The position numbers were made by a program, and so were the translations under genes. A stretch of DNA of 63,999 nt, the filler included, from a bacterium (GTDB taxonomy: Bacteria > UBA9089 > CG2-30-40-21 > SBAY01), in NCBI GenBank assembly GCA_040757115.1. It is 17 parts of 17 records of this genome, joined end to end, with 100 filler letters (N's around TTAATTAATTAA, not from the genome) between each part and the next. Parts side by side here need not be neighbours in the genome. Positions count along the whole stretch, not along the records: positions 15,902 to 19,724 come from JBFLYA010000313.1; positions 19,825 to 23,633 come from JBFLYA010000314.1; positions 23,734 to 27,499 come from JBFLYA010000315.1; positions 27,600 to 31,345 come from JBFLYA010000316.1; 13 more parts are not named here. One strand, given 5' to 3'. Below the pieces are notes generated by a model that searched no databases, was not told where the DNA came from, and was given only the letters and a program-made list of their open reading frames with translations. The first letter of the stretch is position 1; each line of letters starts with the position of its first letter. This document shows, piece by piece, positions 18,077-28,622 of this stretch.

Positions 18077-19533
18077 ATGAATTTACAAGAGTTAGTCTCT
18101 AAATTAAAAGAAAAACAAATTATCGGCAATAAAGATGTTGAAATAACCCACCTTACCACTTCTTCAAAAAATGTAGTTTTTGGGTCTTTATTTATCTGTA
18201 TAAAAGGGTTTCGGGTTGATGGGCATAATTATATTGAGGAAGCCATTGAAAAAGGGGCAAAAGCCATTCTGGTATGTGAGGATGTTCCAATTTTATCCGG
18301 CGTAACTTATATCAAAGTCACGGATACTCGCCAGGCAACTTCCATAATCGCAGATACCTTCTATGATTCTCCGTCTTCAAAATTTCAATTAATTGGTATT
18401 ACTGGAACTAATGGTAAAACCACCATTGCTTATCTTATTGAATCCCTTTTAAAAACTGCAGGCTATAAACCGGCTCGTTTTTCGACGATTAGCTATAAAA
18501 TAGGCGAATTAGAAATTCCTGCAGGACAGACTACTCCAGAGGCATTAGAATTACAACAAATGCTCGCCCAGGCAGTAGAAAATGCAGTAACCCATGTCGT
18601 TATGGAAATCTCCTCTCATGCCTTAGCCCTTTCTCGAACCGCAAATTGTGACTTCGATTATGCTATCTTTACTAATATCACCCAGGACCACTTAGACTTC
18701 CATAAGACTATGGATGATTATTTAACCGCGAAAATAAAATTATTTAAAGAATTAAAGCCTCAAGGAATAGCAATAATTAATTTAGACGACGCCCACAGCC
18801 AGAAGATTATCTCCAATACCCGTGCCAAAACAATTACCTATGGATTATCTGATAAGGCACAAATCTATGCCGAAAAGGTTATGTCAACAAAGAGAAATAC
18901 CTCTTTTTTTTTTACTATCCAGAACTAAAACGGACGCCGAGTCAGATAAATTTAAAATTAGTAGGCGGGCATAATGTTTATAATGCCTTAGCGGCTATTG
19001 GATATGGGTTAGTTGAGGGAATAGACATTCAAACCATTAAACAAGGCATTGAGAGTTTATCTGGAGTTAGAGGCAGATTTGAATTGGTTGAAAAAGGACA
19101 GGATTTTACCGTAGTCATTGATTATGCCCATACCCCGGACGGGCTACAAAATGTGATATTATCAGCTAAAAGACTTAATCCAAAGAGAATTATTACTATT
19201 TTTGGTTGTGGCGGAGATAGAGATAGAGAGAAAAGACCACAAATGGGTAAAATCGCCACAGACCTGAGTAATTGGACGATAATTACCAGTGATAATCCAA
19301 GAAATGAAGACCCAGAGGCGATTATTAAAGAAATTGAGGCAGGAATTGAAGGTAAGGCATACGAAGTGGTAATCGACCGAGACCAGGCAATCACCAGGGC
19401 ATTAGATTACGCAAAACAAGGAGACCTAATCCTTATTGCTGGTAAAGGACATGAGACTTACCAGATATTTAAAGATAAAACAATACATTTTGATGACCGC
19501 GAGGTTGTGGAAAAATTATTGAAAAACTATTAA
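18077..19533 (+). CDS. murE: UDP-MurNAc-tripeptide synthetase, split by a frameshift in a T10 run (18904-18913)
   Basis: GITGTNGKTT, TNITQDHLDFH, DYAHTPD, DNPR, AGKGHE. The alternative frame after the T-run reads ...GHNVYNALAA...VRGRFELV and joins the two ORFs. Confidence 0.9.
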
Positions 19534-19978
19534 CCGTTCAGCCACAGAGGCACAGAGTTCACAGAGAATTAAGGGAATTAGTCACAAATGGATACGAATT
19601 AACCTCTGACATCCCATAAATGTAGGGCGAACCTTATTGCTTTTTCATAAATAGGTTCCTCTTTTGGGGAGAGCGATAGCAAGAAGAACTTTAATGTAAA
19701 TATCAAAATGCAAATATCAAAATTNNNNNNNNNNNNNNNNNNNNNNNNNNNNNNNNNNNNNNNNNNNNTTAATTAATTAANNNNNNNNNNNNNNNNNNNN
19801 NNNNNNNNNNNNNNNNNNNNNNNNTTCCACAATCAATTTCTACCTATTTCTATAAATTTCAATCTATTTCTATTATCTTATCTCCATATCACTCTTATCT
19901 CCTTATCCCCTTTCTTACACTTTTGATATATAGCCTGAACGGTTACCAAAAAATTTACCACCTAAAGGGAGGAAAAAA

Positions 19979-20443
19979 ATGAAATTAGCTGAACTTCTAA
20001 GTGTAGAAGTAATTGAAACAGACCTAAAAGCCACCGATAAAGATAGCGTGTTAAAAGAATTGGTAGATTTACTTTTTAAGGCAGGGGAAATTACCAATAG
20101 GGAAAAGATTTTAGAGGCAGTGAAAGAAAGAGAGAAATTAATGAGTACCGGTATTGGTCATGGGGTAGCAATCCCTCATGCAAAATGTGAGGGAATAAAT
20201 ACATTACTTGCCGCTTTTGGCAGGTCAAAAAAAGGTATAGACTTTCAATCCTTAGATGGTGAGCCGGTGTATTTATTCTTTTTATTACTTTCTCCAGAAA
20301 ATGTTACCGGCCCTCATATAAAGGCATTAGCTAAAATCTCAAGACTCCTTAAACATCACTATGTGCGTGAAATCTTGAAAACTGCTGAGACTTCAGAAAA
20401 AGCATTAGAATTAATCAGGCAAGAAGAAGCAAAACATTTATAG
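19979..20443 (+). CDS. ptsN: PTS IIA (fructose/nitrogen-regulatory type)
   Basis: REKLMSTGIGHGVAIPHAK phospho-His motif; upstream of hprK. Confidence 0.8.
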   Translation: MKLAELLSVEVIETDLKATDKDSVLKELVDLLFKAGEITNREKILEAVKEREKLMSTGIGHGVAIPHAKCEGINTLLAAFGRSKKGIDFQSLDGEPVYLFFLLLSPENVTGPHIKALAKISRLLKHHYVREILKTAETSEKALELIRQEEAKHL

Positions 20444-20485
20444 ACAGTGAACAGTAGAATATAGAGATTGGCTCACTGACTACTT

Positions 20486-20854
20486 TAGGGTTCTGCAAAA
20501 TAGGATTGGGGGGAGACAACAAATAAATATTAAATATCAAATATTAAATATCAAATATAAATATCAAATATAAATATCAAATATAAATATCAAAATGCAA
20601 AATTACAAATCAAATTTCAAAAAGGAAGTAGCAGGGTTTCTCAAAGAGTTGGAGGAATTTGGTAATATCTTTGCTTCAAGTATTTTAACGCTGAAATGTA
20701 GTAGATAGTTGATAGTTTATAGTTGAAGGACTATAAACTATAAACTATAAACGATAAACGAGTTTTGCATTTTGCTCTTTGGAGGAAATTGATAAAAATA
20801 GAGGTTTTAAATACCCGCTTAAAAACTACAGTTTCCTGGTTTTGCAGAACTCTA
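20486..20854. mobile_element. MITE with TAGGGTTCTGCAAAA TIRs and 9-bp TSD TGACTACTT (copies 40946-41207, 7733-7902, 17639)
   Basis: 15-bp TIR with one mismatch; TSD at 20477-20485 and 20855-20863; the 40946 copy is flanked by ATAAGGGGG(G)TAA. Confidence 0.85.
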
Positions 20855-20880
20855 TGACTACTTGTCAAAGGAGGAGTAAA

Positions 20881-21816
20881 TTGACAGTTAGAGAAATGAT
20901 AGAACAGAAAAAAGAATTAAAATTTGACATTATATCTGGTGCAGAGGGATTAGATAATGAAATTGTATCTCATGATATTAATCGGCCAGGGTTGGCTTTA
21001 GCCGGATATGTAGAATTCTTTGGTTCTAAGAGAATCCAGGTTCTGGGTAAAGGTGAAATGGCATATCTTAAATATTTAAATAATAACCAAAAAAGAAATA
21101 TATTAGAAAAAATGTTTCAATATGAAATATCCTGTTTTATTATTAGCTGGGGACAGGAAGTGCCTGATGAACTAATAGAATTTACAACAAAACATAAAGT
21201 CCCACTTCTTCGCTCTCCACTTCCAACAGGAATATTGGTTGCACTACTTACTTTTTATTTAGACAAAATTTTTGCCCCGCAAATAACTACTCACGGCGAT
21301 TTAGTTGAGGTTCACGGGGTAGGAGTTTTAATCCTGGGAGAAAGTGGGATGGGTAAAAGTGAATGTGCCATAGATTTAGTTGAACGAGGACAACGGCTTG
21401 TGGCAGATGATGTCGTGAGAATTAAACGCACCGGACCTGGTATCTTAATTGGATTTCCAGATGAGAAGATAGGATATCATATGGAAATTCGTGGTATAGG
21501 TATTATTGACATTAGGGAATTATTTGGTGTCGGGGCGGTCTCTCCTCAGGCTAAAATTGAATTGGCAGTAAAATTAGAGATATGGAACCCTCAAAAAGAA
21601 TATGATAGATTAGGTATAGATGAAGAAATGATAGATATTCTGGGCGTCCAGATTCCTGAAATAGTCCTTCCGCTTCAACCAGGAAGAAATATCGCGGTGA
21701 TTATTGAAGTAGCCGCAATGAATCAAAGATTGAAAAGGATGGGTAAATTCTCAGCAAAAGAATTTGATGAAAAATTACGCAAAAGACTACTTGAGAAAGT
21801 GAACAGTGAAGAGTGA
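20881..21816 (+). CDS. hprK: HPr kinase/phosphorylase
   Basis: INRPGLALAG, GESGMGKSE, LVADD, MEIRGIGII, PGRN; TTG start after GGAGGAG. Confidence 0.95.
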   Translation: MTVREMIEQKKELKFDIISGAEGLDNEIVSHDINRPGLALAGYVEFFGSKRIQVLGKGEMAYLKYLNNNQKRNILEKMFQYEISCFIISWGQEVPDELIEFTTKHKVPLLRSPLPTGILVALLTFYLDKIFAPQITTHGDLVEVHGVGVLILGESGMGKSECAIDLVERGQRLVADDVVRIKRTGPGILIGFPDEKIGYHMEIRGIGIIDIRELFGVGAVSPQAKIELAVKLEIWNPQKEYDRLGIDEEMIDILGVQIPEIVLPLQPGRNIAVIIEVAAMNQRLKRMGKFSAKEFDEKLRKRLLEKVNSEE

Positions 21817-22027
21817 TGAGTGAAAAGTATGGAGAAACGCTCATGAGCCTGCGACTCACAAAGGATGATGAAAATTAATGGGAGAGAGATTGGAGTCATT
21901 GGTCATTAGTCAATGACCAATGACCAGTGACCAAAAGGAGATAAGCGTGAGGAATGATGTTTTCTTTACTTTTTACTTTCTACTCTCTACTTTCTACTTC
22001 CTTATTTTCAGGAAAAAGGGAGGATAA

Positions 22028-23152
22028 ATGAAATCAAGAGGTAAAACAATGAAAAAACCTTCTATTCCAGAATTTAGTAATCAAGATAAAGAAAAACTAA
22101 ATAACTATCGAAAACAAATTGACGAACTTGATAACCAGATTCTGGACATATTAAATAAACGAATAAAGATTGCCCAACAGATAGGGAAATTTAAAAGAGA
22201 AAGAGAAATCGAGGCTTACCAACCAGACCGCGAAAGGGAAATCTACGAGAGATTATGTGAAAAGAACAAAGGTTTATTCCCAAATAAAGCCCTGAAAGCC
22301 ATTTATCGTGAAATTATGTCTGCCTCTTTATCCTGGGAAGAGACCCTAAAAATAGCCTACCTTGGTCCTGAGGCAACATTTACTCATCAAGCCGCTCTGG
22401 AGAAATTTGGTTCTTCCTGTGAGTATATCCCCAAAAAAACTATTTCAGAGATATTTGATGAGGTAGAAAGTGGTCGGGCGAATTATGGTGTCGTCCCGAT
22501 AGAGAATTCATCTGAAGGCGTAGTAACTCATACACTGGATATGTTTATCGATTCCGAATTGAAAATATGTGCCGAGATTATATTAAAAATCTCCCATAAT
22601 CTACTCTCAAATACCCATCTTGAAGATATTAAACGAGTTTATTATCATTCACAGTCCTTTGCCCAGTCAAGAATCTGGCTTGAAAATAATCTTCCTGACG
22701 CCGAGTATATTGAGGTTTCTAGCACGGCTGAGGCGGCAAAAAGAGCCTCTCTTGAAAAAACCTCAGCCGCTATTGCCAGTCAATTAGCAGTCTCTATCTA
22801 TAACTTAAATATCGTCATTAAAGGCATTGAGGCTGGAAAAGAAAATTATACCCGATTTCTGGTTATCGGAAGAGAAATATCTGCTCCAACCTCTAATGAT
22901 AAAACCTCTATCCTTTTTTCCATAAAAGATAGGGTTGGTGCCTTACATGATATGTTAATTCCATTTGCCAAATATAAGATTAACTTGACCAAGATTGAAT
23001 CTCGACCTTCAGGAAAACAACCCTGGGAATATATCTTTTTCTTAGATTTACAAGGACATATCAAGGATAAAAATGTTCAGCAGGCATTAGAGGAACTAAA
23101 GGACCTATGTTTGGTTCTTAAACTCTTAGGCTCGTATCCGGTAGGAGAATAG
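22028..23152 (+). CDS. pheA: Chorismate mutase/prephenate dehydratase
   Basis: RKQIDELD, AYLGPEATFT, PIENSSEG, NYTRF, IESRPS. Confidence 0.95.
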   Translation: MKSRGKTMKKPSIPEFSNQDKEKLNNYRKQIDELDNQILDILNKRIKIAQQIGKFKREREIEAYQPDREREIYERLCEKNKGLFPNKALKAIYREIMSASLSWEETLKIAYLGPEATFTHQAALEKFGSSCEYIPKKTISEIFDEVESGRANYGVVPIENSSEGVVTHTLDMFIDSELKICAEIILKISHNLLSNTHLEDIKRVYYHSQSFAQSRIWLENNLPDAEYIEVSSTAEAAKRASLEKTSAAIASQLAVSIYNLNIVIKGIEAGKENYTRFLVIGREISAPTSNDKTSILFSIKDRVGALHDMLIPFAKYKINLTKIESRPSGKQPWEYIFFLDLQGHIKDKNVQQALEELKDLCLVLKLLGSYPVGE

Positions 23153-24012
23153 AGATGTGACCATATACACTTCGAAAGCACGAAATAGAGAAAACACGAA
23201 ATGACCCCGTGAGATATGTGTTTAACAGTTCAAAAGAGTTTGTATTCATCTTATGTAACGGGGTAAAAAAGAGAAAATATAAATTAATTCCTGATTATTT
23301 CGTGATTTCGTCTTTTCGTCTCTTCGTGGTAAAAAGGTATTTTTCAAGAAAACTTCCCCATACGACTGACGCTTTAAAAAAAATAAAAAATTTTTCTTGA
23401 CAAAATAACAATAATATGGTATTCTGAATAAACAGAAAACAACAGAAAAAACAGGAGAAACGGACATGAGCCAAGGCTCACAAAGGGCAATGAAAATGGG
23501 AGAAGGACCCCCTTTATTAAGGGGGAATATGTGTTCTAAACCAGAGGATACGAGTCTGTGGATACTATACTAATTCGCTAATCTCTAATTCACTAATTCG
23601 CTATTTTCAGGGGAAACGCTCATGAGTCTGCGANNNNNNNNNNNNNNNNNNNNNNNNNNNNNNNNNNNNNNNNNNNNTTAATTAATTAANNNNNNNNNNN
23701 NNNNNNNNNNNNNNNNNNNNNNNNNNNNNNNNNACTCTTGGGCCAGGTTTGCTTGACACCGTGAATTGTGAATGGTGAATAGTTACCAATTTTTTTAATA
23801 ATATCTCCCTATCTCCTTAATCTCCACATCTCCTTTTGTTACACCACCTGAACGCTTACAAATTTTCTCTCGCCAGGACGCAAAGGTCGCAAAGGGGTCT
23901 TTTCTTAGCGTCCTTTGCGCCTTTGCGAGAAATCTGTTTTAATTACAAATTAACAATCAGGAAGTAAGAACTTCTCAACCTCTTAACTTCCTAACTTCCT
24001 AACTTCTGTATT

Positions 24013-24804
24013 TCAATTAATTCCAGCAGTAATACCTTTATACCAATCTATGATATTTTTACCATAGAATAAGATAATTAGAGCCCCAAAGACTAAATAT
24101 GGTCCAAACGGAATATATTCACCAAATCTCTTTTTACCTGATAAAATTAATATCAATCCAACTAACGAGCCTAAAAATGAGGCAAAAAACAGACTTATTA
24201 AGGTATATTGCCAGCTGGCTAAAAATACACCAATGACTGCCGCCAATTTAAAATCCCCGGCACCCATGCCTTCTTTTTTAAAGATAAAAGGGCTGATAAT
24301 TACGATTAAAAAGATAATCCCTCCACCAACTAATCCTGCTATTAAAGAACTAATGAATATACCTTTAAAGTAACTTATTAAAAGTCCTATGATTATCATA
24401 GGATATGTCAGAACATTAAGGATTAATTGATGTTCGAAGTCGATAAAAGTAATAATGATAAGGACTGAAATAAATAAAAGATAAATAAAGAAATCAGGTG
24501 ATTTCCCAAAAAATTGCCATAACAAAAGGAATAAAACAGGGGTTAAAATTTCGACGATGAGGTATCTTGGAGAGATTTGGACACCACAATAACGGCATTT
24601 ACCTTTTAAAATGAGATAACTGATAATTGGGATATTTTCCCATATCTTTATTTTGGTTTTGCAGTTTGGACAATGAGAAAAAGGAATAACAATTGATTCG
24701 TCTATTGGTAGGCGATAAATACAGACATTAAAAAAACTTCCGATTAGTGCTCCAAAGATGAATATTATTATCTGGATAAATGGTGATGGTATTAATTCTA
24801 TCAT
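24013..24804 (-). CDS. pilD: Prepilin peptidase/N-methyltransferase
   Basis: GSFFNVCIYRLP, two CxxC, GMGAGDFKL, IPFGPY. Confidence 0.93.
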   Translation of the reverse strand: MIELIPSPFIQIIIFIFGALIGSFFNVCIYRLPIDESIVIPFSHCPNCKTKIKIWENIPIISYLILKGKCRYCGVQISPRYLIVEILTPVLFLLLWQFFGKSPDFFIYLLFISVLIIITFIDFEHQLILNVLTYPMIIIGLLISYFKGIFISSLIAGLVGGGIIFLIVIISPFIFKKEGMGAGDFKLAAVIGVFLASWQYTLISLFFASFLGSLVGLILILSGKKRFGEYIPFGPYLVFGALIILFYGKNIIDWYKGITAGIN

Positions 24805-24869
24805 AATTTTTTTGTAGCCGTTCAGGTGTAATGAAGGGAATGAGTAGAAATTTTAGATATAAGAGAATA

Positions 24870-25106
24870 GTAACCGTTCAGGCTATATATCAAAAGTGTA
24901 AGAAAGGGGATAAGGAGATAAGAGTGATATGGAGATAAGATAATAGAAATAGATTGAAATTTATAGAAATAGGTAGAAATTGATTGTGGAAAACAACAAA
25001 TTTCCATAAATTTCTATTAGTTTCTATTAATTTCAATTTTTTTAATAATATCTCCCTATCTCCTTAATCTCCACATCTCCTTTTGTTACACCACCTGAAC
25101 GCTTAC
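24870..25106. mobile_element. 237-bp GTAA-ended element, nested in another GTA-ended element (24814-25231). Partial copies at 8192, 11742, 19825, 23785, 27375, 50114, 58150-58376
   Basis: GTAACCGTTCAGG/CCTGAACGCTTAC ends; near-identical interior in at least seven places, often at contig ends. Confidence 0.85.
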
Positions 25107-25246
25107 CATACTTCGTATTCTTTACTCTGTGTAATTACGCAGCTTAACTTGAATTTGAAATGAATTTCTTTAATATTTTTCCCATTTTTTTCTACTTTTC
25201 CATTTTCCCTTACTTACACCTGAACGCTTATCCCTTTTCTTTCAAT

Positions 25247-27361
25247 TTACAATTTCTTTTTGTTTTGTGCCTTTTCTTCAGATAAAACCTTTAAGAAGAC
25301 ATTTACTATTTTCGGGTCAAATTGTCTGCCGGAACATCGTTTTAATTCGACAATGGCCTCTTCTTCAGACAATGCTTTACGGTAAGGTCTATCCGAAATC
25401 ATTGCCTCATAGGCATCTGTAACTTCAATAATTCGAGCCTCTAAAGAAATTTCATCCCCAACTAATCCATCAGGATATCCCGCACCATCTATTCGTTCAT
25501 GATGTTGTCTAACCGCAGGTAATATATCCCACGGGAAACTAATTGGGGATAAAATTTTAACACTAAGTAAAGGATGGTTTTTAATGGTTTCAAATTCATC
25601 CCTGGTTAATCCCCCTGGTTTATGGAGGATATTTTCGCTAACACCAATTTTACCAACATCATGAAGCAAAGCCGCGATATAGATATTTTCCAGTTTTGAC
25701 TCTGGCACACCTAATTTCTGGGCAACTGACACGGCAAATTGAGCTACTCGCTCACAATGACCACGAGTATAGGCATCTTTGGCATCAATTGCCTCGGCTA
25801 ATGATTTAGTAGTGTTAAGCAGACCTTCTTTAACTGTTTTAAAAAGTGAGGCATTTTCTATGGCGATGGCTGATTGGCTGGCTAAAGTAATAAGTATTTC
25901 TTTTTCTTCTTCCGTATAGTGATAAGGTTTTTGTGAATAAATAGTAATTACCCCTAAAATCTTATCTTTAACCATTAAAGGGGCTGATAAGAATGCGGCA
26001 ATTCCTTCTTTTAAGGCATATTCTGGATTTTTGATTCGAGCATCAGTTTTTATATTCGAAACAGATATTGTTTTTTTATCCTTAATTACCGCATTTTCAA
26101 TACTGGCATCAACCTCAATCTCACCTTTTTTTAGATATGAATTTGATAAACCCATAGAGGCAGACAAGATTAATTTTTGTTTAGCCAGAAGTTTAATTGA
26201 ACACATTCTGGTATGCATAGTTCTTGAGGTCGCTTCAACAATTAATTTTAACACCTCATTAATATTTAATGTCGAGACTACGGCTTTAGTAATATCAGAA
26301 AGAACAGATAACTGGGCAATTTTTTGTTCCATTGCCTTGTATAATTTAACATCTTTAATGGCAATAGTCGCTTGATTGGCAAGACCATCTAAAACTATGA
26401 CATCATCATCAGTGAAATTTTCCCCACTTTTTCTTTTTAACATAAATACACCAATGAGCATTTCTCTTATTTTTAATGGAACAGCAATACAGCTGGTTAT
26501 TTCTTCTGATTGAAGGTATTTCTCGAATTTTGGTTTATTCATTCCCAGATAGACTAAGAGAGGTTTTTTATGTTTTGCTACCCACCCAGCAAGACCTACA
26601 CCAATTTTTATTCTACTTTGCTCAAAATGCTTATGTCCGGCATTATGAATAGCCTCACCAACTAATTCATCTTTTTCTTCGTCTATTAAATAAATAATCG
26701 CTGTATCTGCTTCTAACATAGATGCCGCGGTATTAATAATTAAATGAGAGAGTTTTTCTAAATCTAAGGTAGATGCGATTGCTTTACCAATGTGAGATAG
26801 CGTGGCTAATTCAGCGATTTTGTGTTTTAAATCATGTTTTTGAAGGCAAAGGTGTGAAATGGTATTTGCAATTGAAGATATCAGGTCTGAAGCCATATAT
26901 ATTTTTTCCTGTGGGAATTCTTTGATATTTTTGAATGCGGTTAATAGTTCTTTGGGATTAAGATTCAACTTTTCAGCAAGCCGTTTTATCTTCAAAGAAT
27001 CTACCGGGGCTAAAATCCTGGTGCCTTCTATTCCAATGGAACCTATATAGACATCTTTAAGAATTATCGGGGCAACAAAATGACAAAGTCCGGCATCACA
27101 AAGATATATCTTTGAACCACCATCATGGGTAAAGGTTTCTTTTTCTATCTTTGCGTCAAATTCCTGGCACATCAAGGCTCCTTGTGGAGTGCATCTAATC
27201 AACTGACAAAAATTATTTAAGCCGGTTGTTTTAACCACAGGAATTCCATCTTTATCGACAATTATAGTAGGCATATCGATTGCCTTAGCAAAGTTATCCT
27301 GAATTTGTTGTAGAATTTCTGGTTCGACTAATTCATTTAATTTTAGTGTTTTTACAGCCAT
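25247..27361 (-). CDS. PocR-GAF-GAF-HD-GYP c-di-GMP phosphodiesterase
   Basis: N-terminal PocR-like FCQLIR...C..D...YLCDAGL, two GAF repeats, HDVGKIG and HHERIDGAGYP. Confidence 0.9.
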   Translation of the reverse strand: MAVKTLKLNELVEPEILQQIQDNFAKAIDMPTIIVDKDGIPVVKTTGLNNFCQLIRCTPQGALMCQEFDAKIEKETFTHDGGSKIYLCDAGLCHFVAPIILKDVYIGSIGIEGTRILAPVDSLKIKRLAEKLNLNPKELLTAFKNIKEFPQEKIYMASDLISSIANTISHLCLQKHDLKHKIAELATLSHIGKAIASTLDLEKLSHLIINTAASMLEADTAIIYLIDEEKDELVGEAIHNAGHKHFEQSRIKIGVGLAGWVAKHKKPLLVYLGMNKPKFEKYLQSEEITSCIAVPLKIREMLIGVFMLKRKSGENFTDDDVIVLDGLANQATIAIKDVKLYKAMEQKIAQLSVLSDITKAVVSTLNINEVLKLIVEATSRTMHTRMCSIKLLAKQKLILSASMGLSNSYLKKGEIEVDASIENAVIKDKKTISVSNIKTDARIKNPEYALKEGIAAFLSAPLMVKDKILGVITIYSQKPYHYTEEEKEILITLASQSAIAIENASLFKTVKEGLLNTTKSLAEAIDAKDAYTRGHCERVAQFAVSVAQKLGVPESKLENIYIAALLHDVGKIGVSENILHKPGGLTRDEFETIKNHPLLSVKILSPISFPWDILPAVRQHHERIDGAGYPDGLVGDEISLEARIIEVTDAYEAMISDRPYRKALSEEEAIVELKRCSGRQFDPKIVNVFLKVLSEEKAQNKKKL

Positions 27362-27841
27362 TATTTATTCTCCTGTAAGCGTTCAGGTGGTGTAACAAAA
27401 GGAGATGTGGAGATTAAGGAGATAGGGAGATATTATTAAAAAAATTGAAATTAATAGAAACTAATAGAAATTTATGGAAATTTGTTGTTTTCCACAATCN
27501 NNNNNNNNNNNNNNNNNNNNNNNNNNNNNNNNNNNNNNNNNNNTTAATTAATTAANNNNNNNNNNNNNNNNNNNNNNNNNNNNNNNNNNNNNNNNNNNNA
27601 TTTGGTGCTTGGAATTTGGAATTTATTTGGAATTTGGTGCTTGGAATTTGGAATTTCTATCTAATCTGTCCACTAAAAGATGTGGGTAATGATTAGGCCA
27701 GGGGGGACATCAATTGAGTAGCGACAGAGCACTAGTAGAAAGCAGATAGTAGATAGTAAGCAGGAGGAAGGCACAATGTTTTCTCTCTACTGACTACTCT
27801 CTACTATCTACTGACTACTACTTTAGTAGAAAGGAGTAATT

Positions 27842-28312
27842 ATGCCCAGAAAAGGACCGGTAAAAAAAAGGCGCATATTGCCAGACCCAATATATAACAG
27901 TCAGTTAGTGAGTAAATTCATTAATATGATTTTAAGACGAGGTAAAAAATCAATAGCGCAAAAAATAGTCTATAATGCTTTTGCTATTATCGAAGAAAAG
28001 ACAAAAGAATCTCCAATAACAATTTTTAAGCGGGCAGTGGATAAGGTTAGACCACATGTGGCTGTAAAATCAAGACGCGTCGGCGGAGCAACATACCAGG
28101 TCCCGGTAGAAATCCCTGAAGAACGAGGTATTACAATGGCTATGGGTTGGATAATATCCTTTTCTAAAGCACAAAAAGGGAAACCGATGCAAGAAAAGTT
28201 AGCTCAAGAAATATTAAATGCCGTAAATAATACCGGGGCTTCTATTAAGAAAAGAGAGGATACCCATAAAATGGCTGAGGCAAATAAGGCTTTCGCTCAT
28301 TATAGATGGTAA
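27842..28312 (+). CDS. rpsG: 30S ribosomal protein S7
   Basis: MPRKG...SRRVGGATYQVP...MAEANKAFAHYRW. Confidence 0.99.
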   Translation: MPRKGPVKKRRILPDPIYNSQLVSKFINMILRRGKKSIAQKIVYNAFAIIEEKTKESPITIFKRAVDKVRPHVAVKSRRVGGATYQVPVEIPEERGITMAMGWIISFSKAQKGKPMQEKLAQEILNAVNNTGASIKKREDTHKMAEANKAFAHYRW

Positions 28313-28326
28313 AAAGAGGATTTTAT

Positions 28327-28593
28327 ATGCAAGATATTGTTGGGGGATTTAAAAAGGTTATTCAAGATTTATTGGTTCCTGAATTAAAGGCGATTCAGGT
28401 TGAATTAAAATATCATAGCGAGCGTTTCGAGGCAATGCAGAAAGATATGCATGAAGTTAAGATAGATCTACAAAAAATTGTAGGGGTGATGGATTGGAAT
28501 ACAAAAATAGCTCGATTTGAAGGGCAAATGAACAACTTAGAACATATACTCTTAGAACACATAGGATTAGAGAGAAAAGTTCAAGTGGCTTAA
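28327..28593 (+). CDS. Hypothetical 88-aa coiled-coil protein inside the str operon
   Basis: RBS AGAGGA, ATG 28327; IQDLLVPELKAIQVELK followed by a heptad pattern. Confidence 0.65.
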   Translation: MQDIVGGFKKVIQDLLVPELKAIQVELKYHSERFEAMQKDMHEVKIDLQKIVGVMDWNTKIARFEGQMNNLEHILLEHIGLERKVQVA

Positions 28594-28622
28594 ACGAATA
28601 GGAGGAAAAATAACAAATTATT

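Noticed and set aside
20779-20880. Long N-termini of HprK, CobS (5648), FtsL (17061) and ORF 35765
   Set aside because: They lie in repeat or MITE DNA; downstream starts have clear RBSs.
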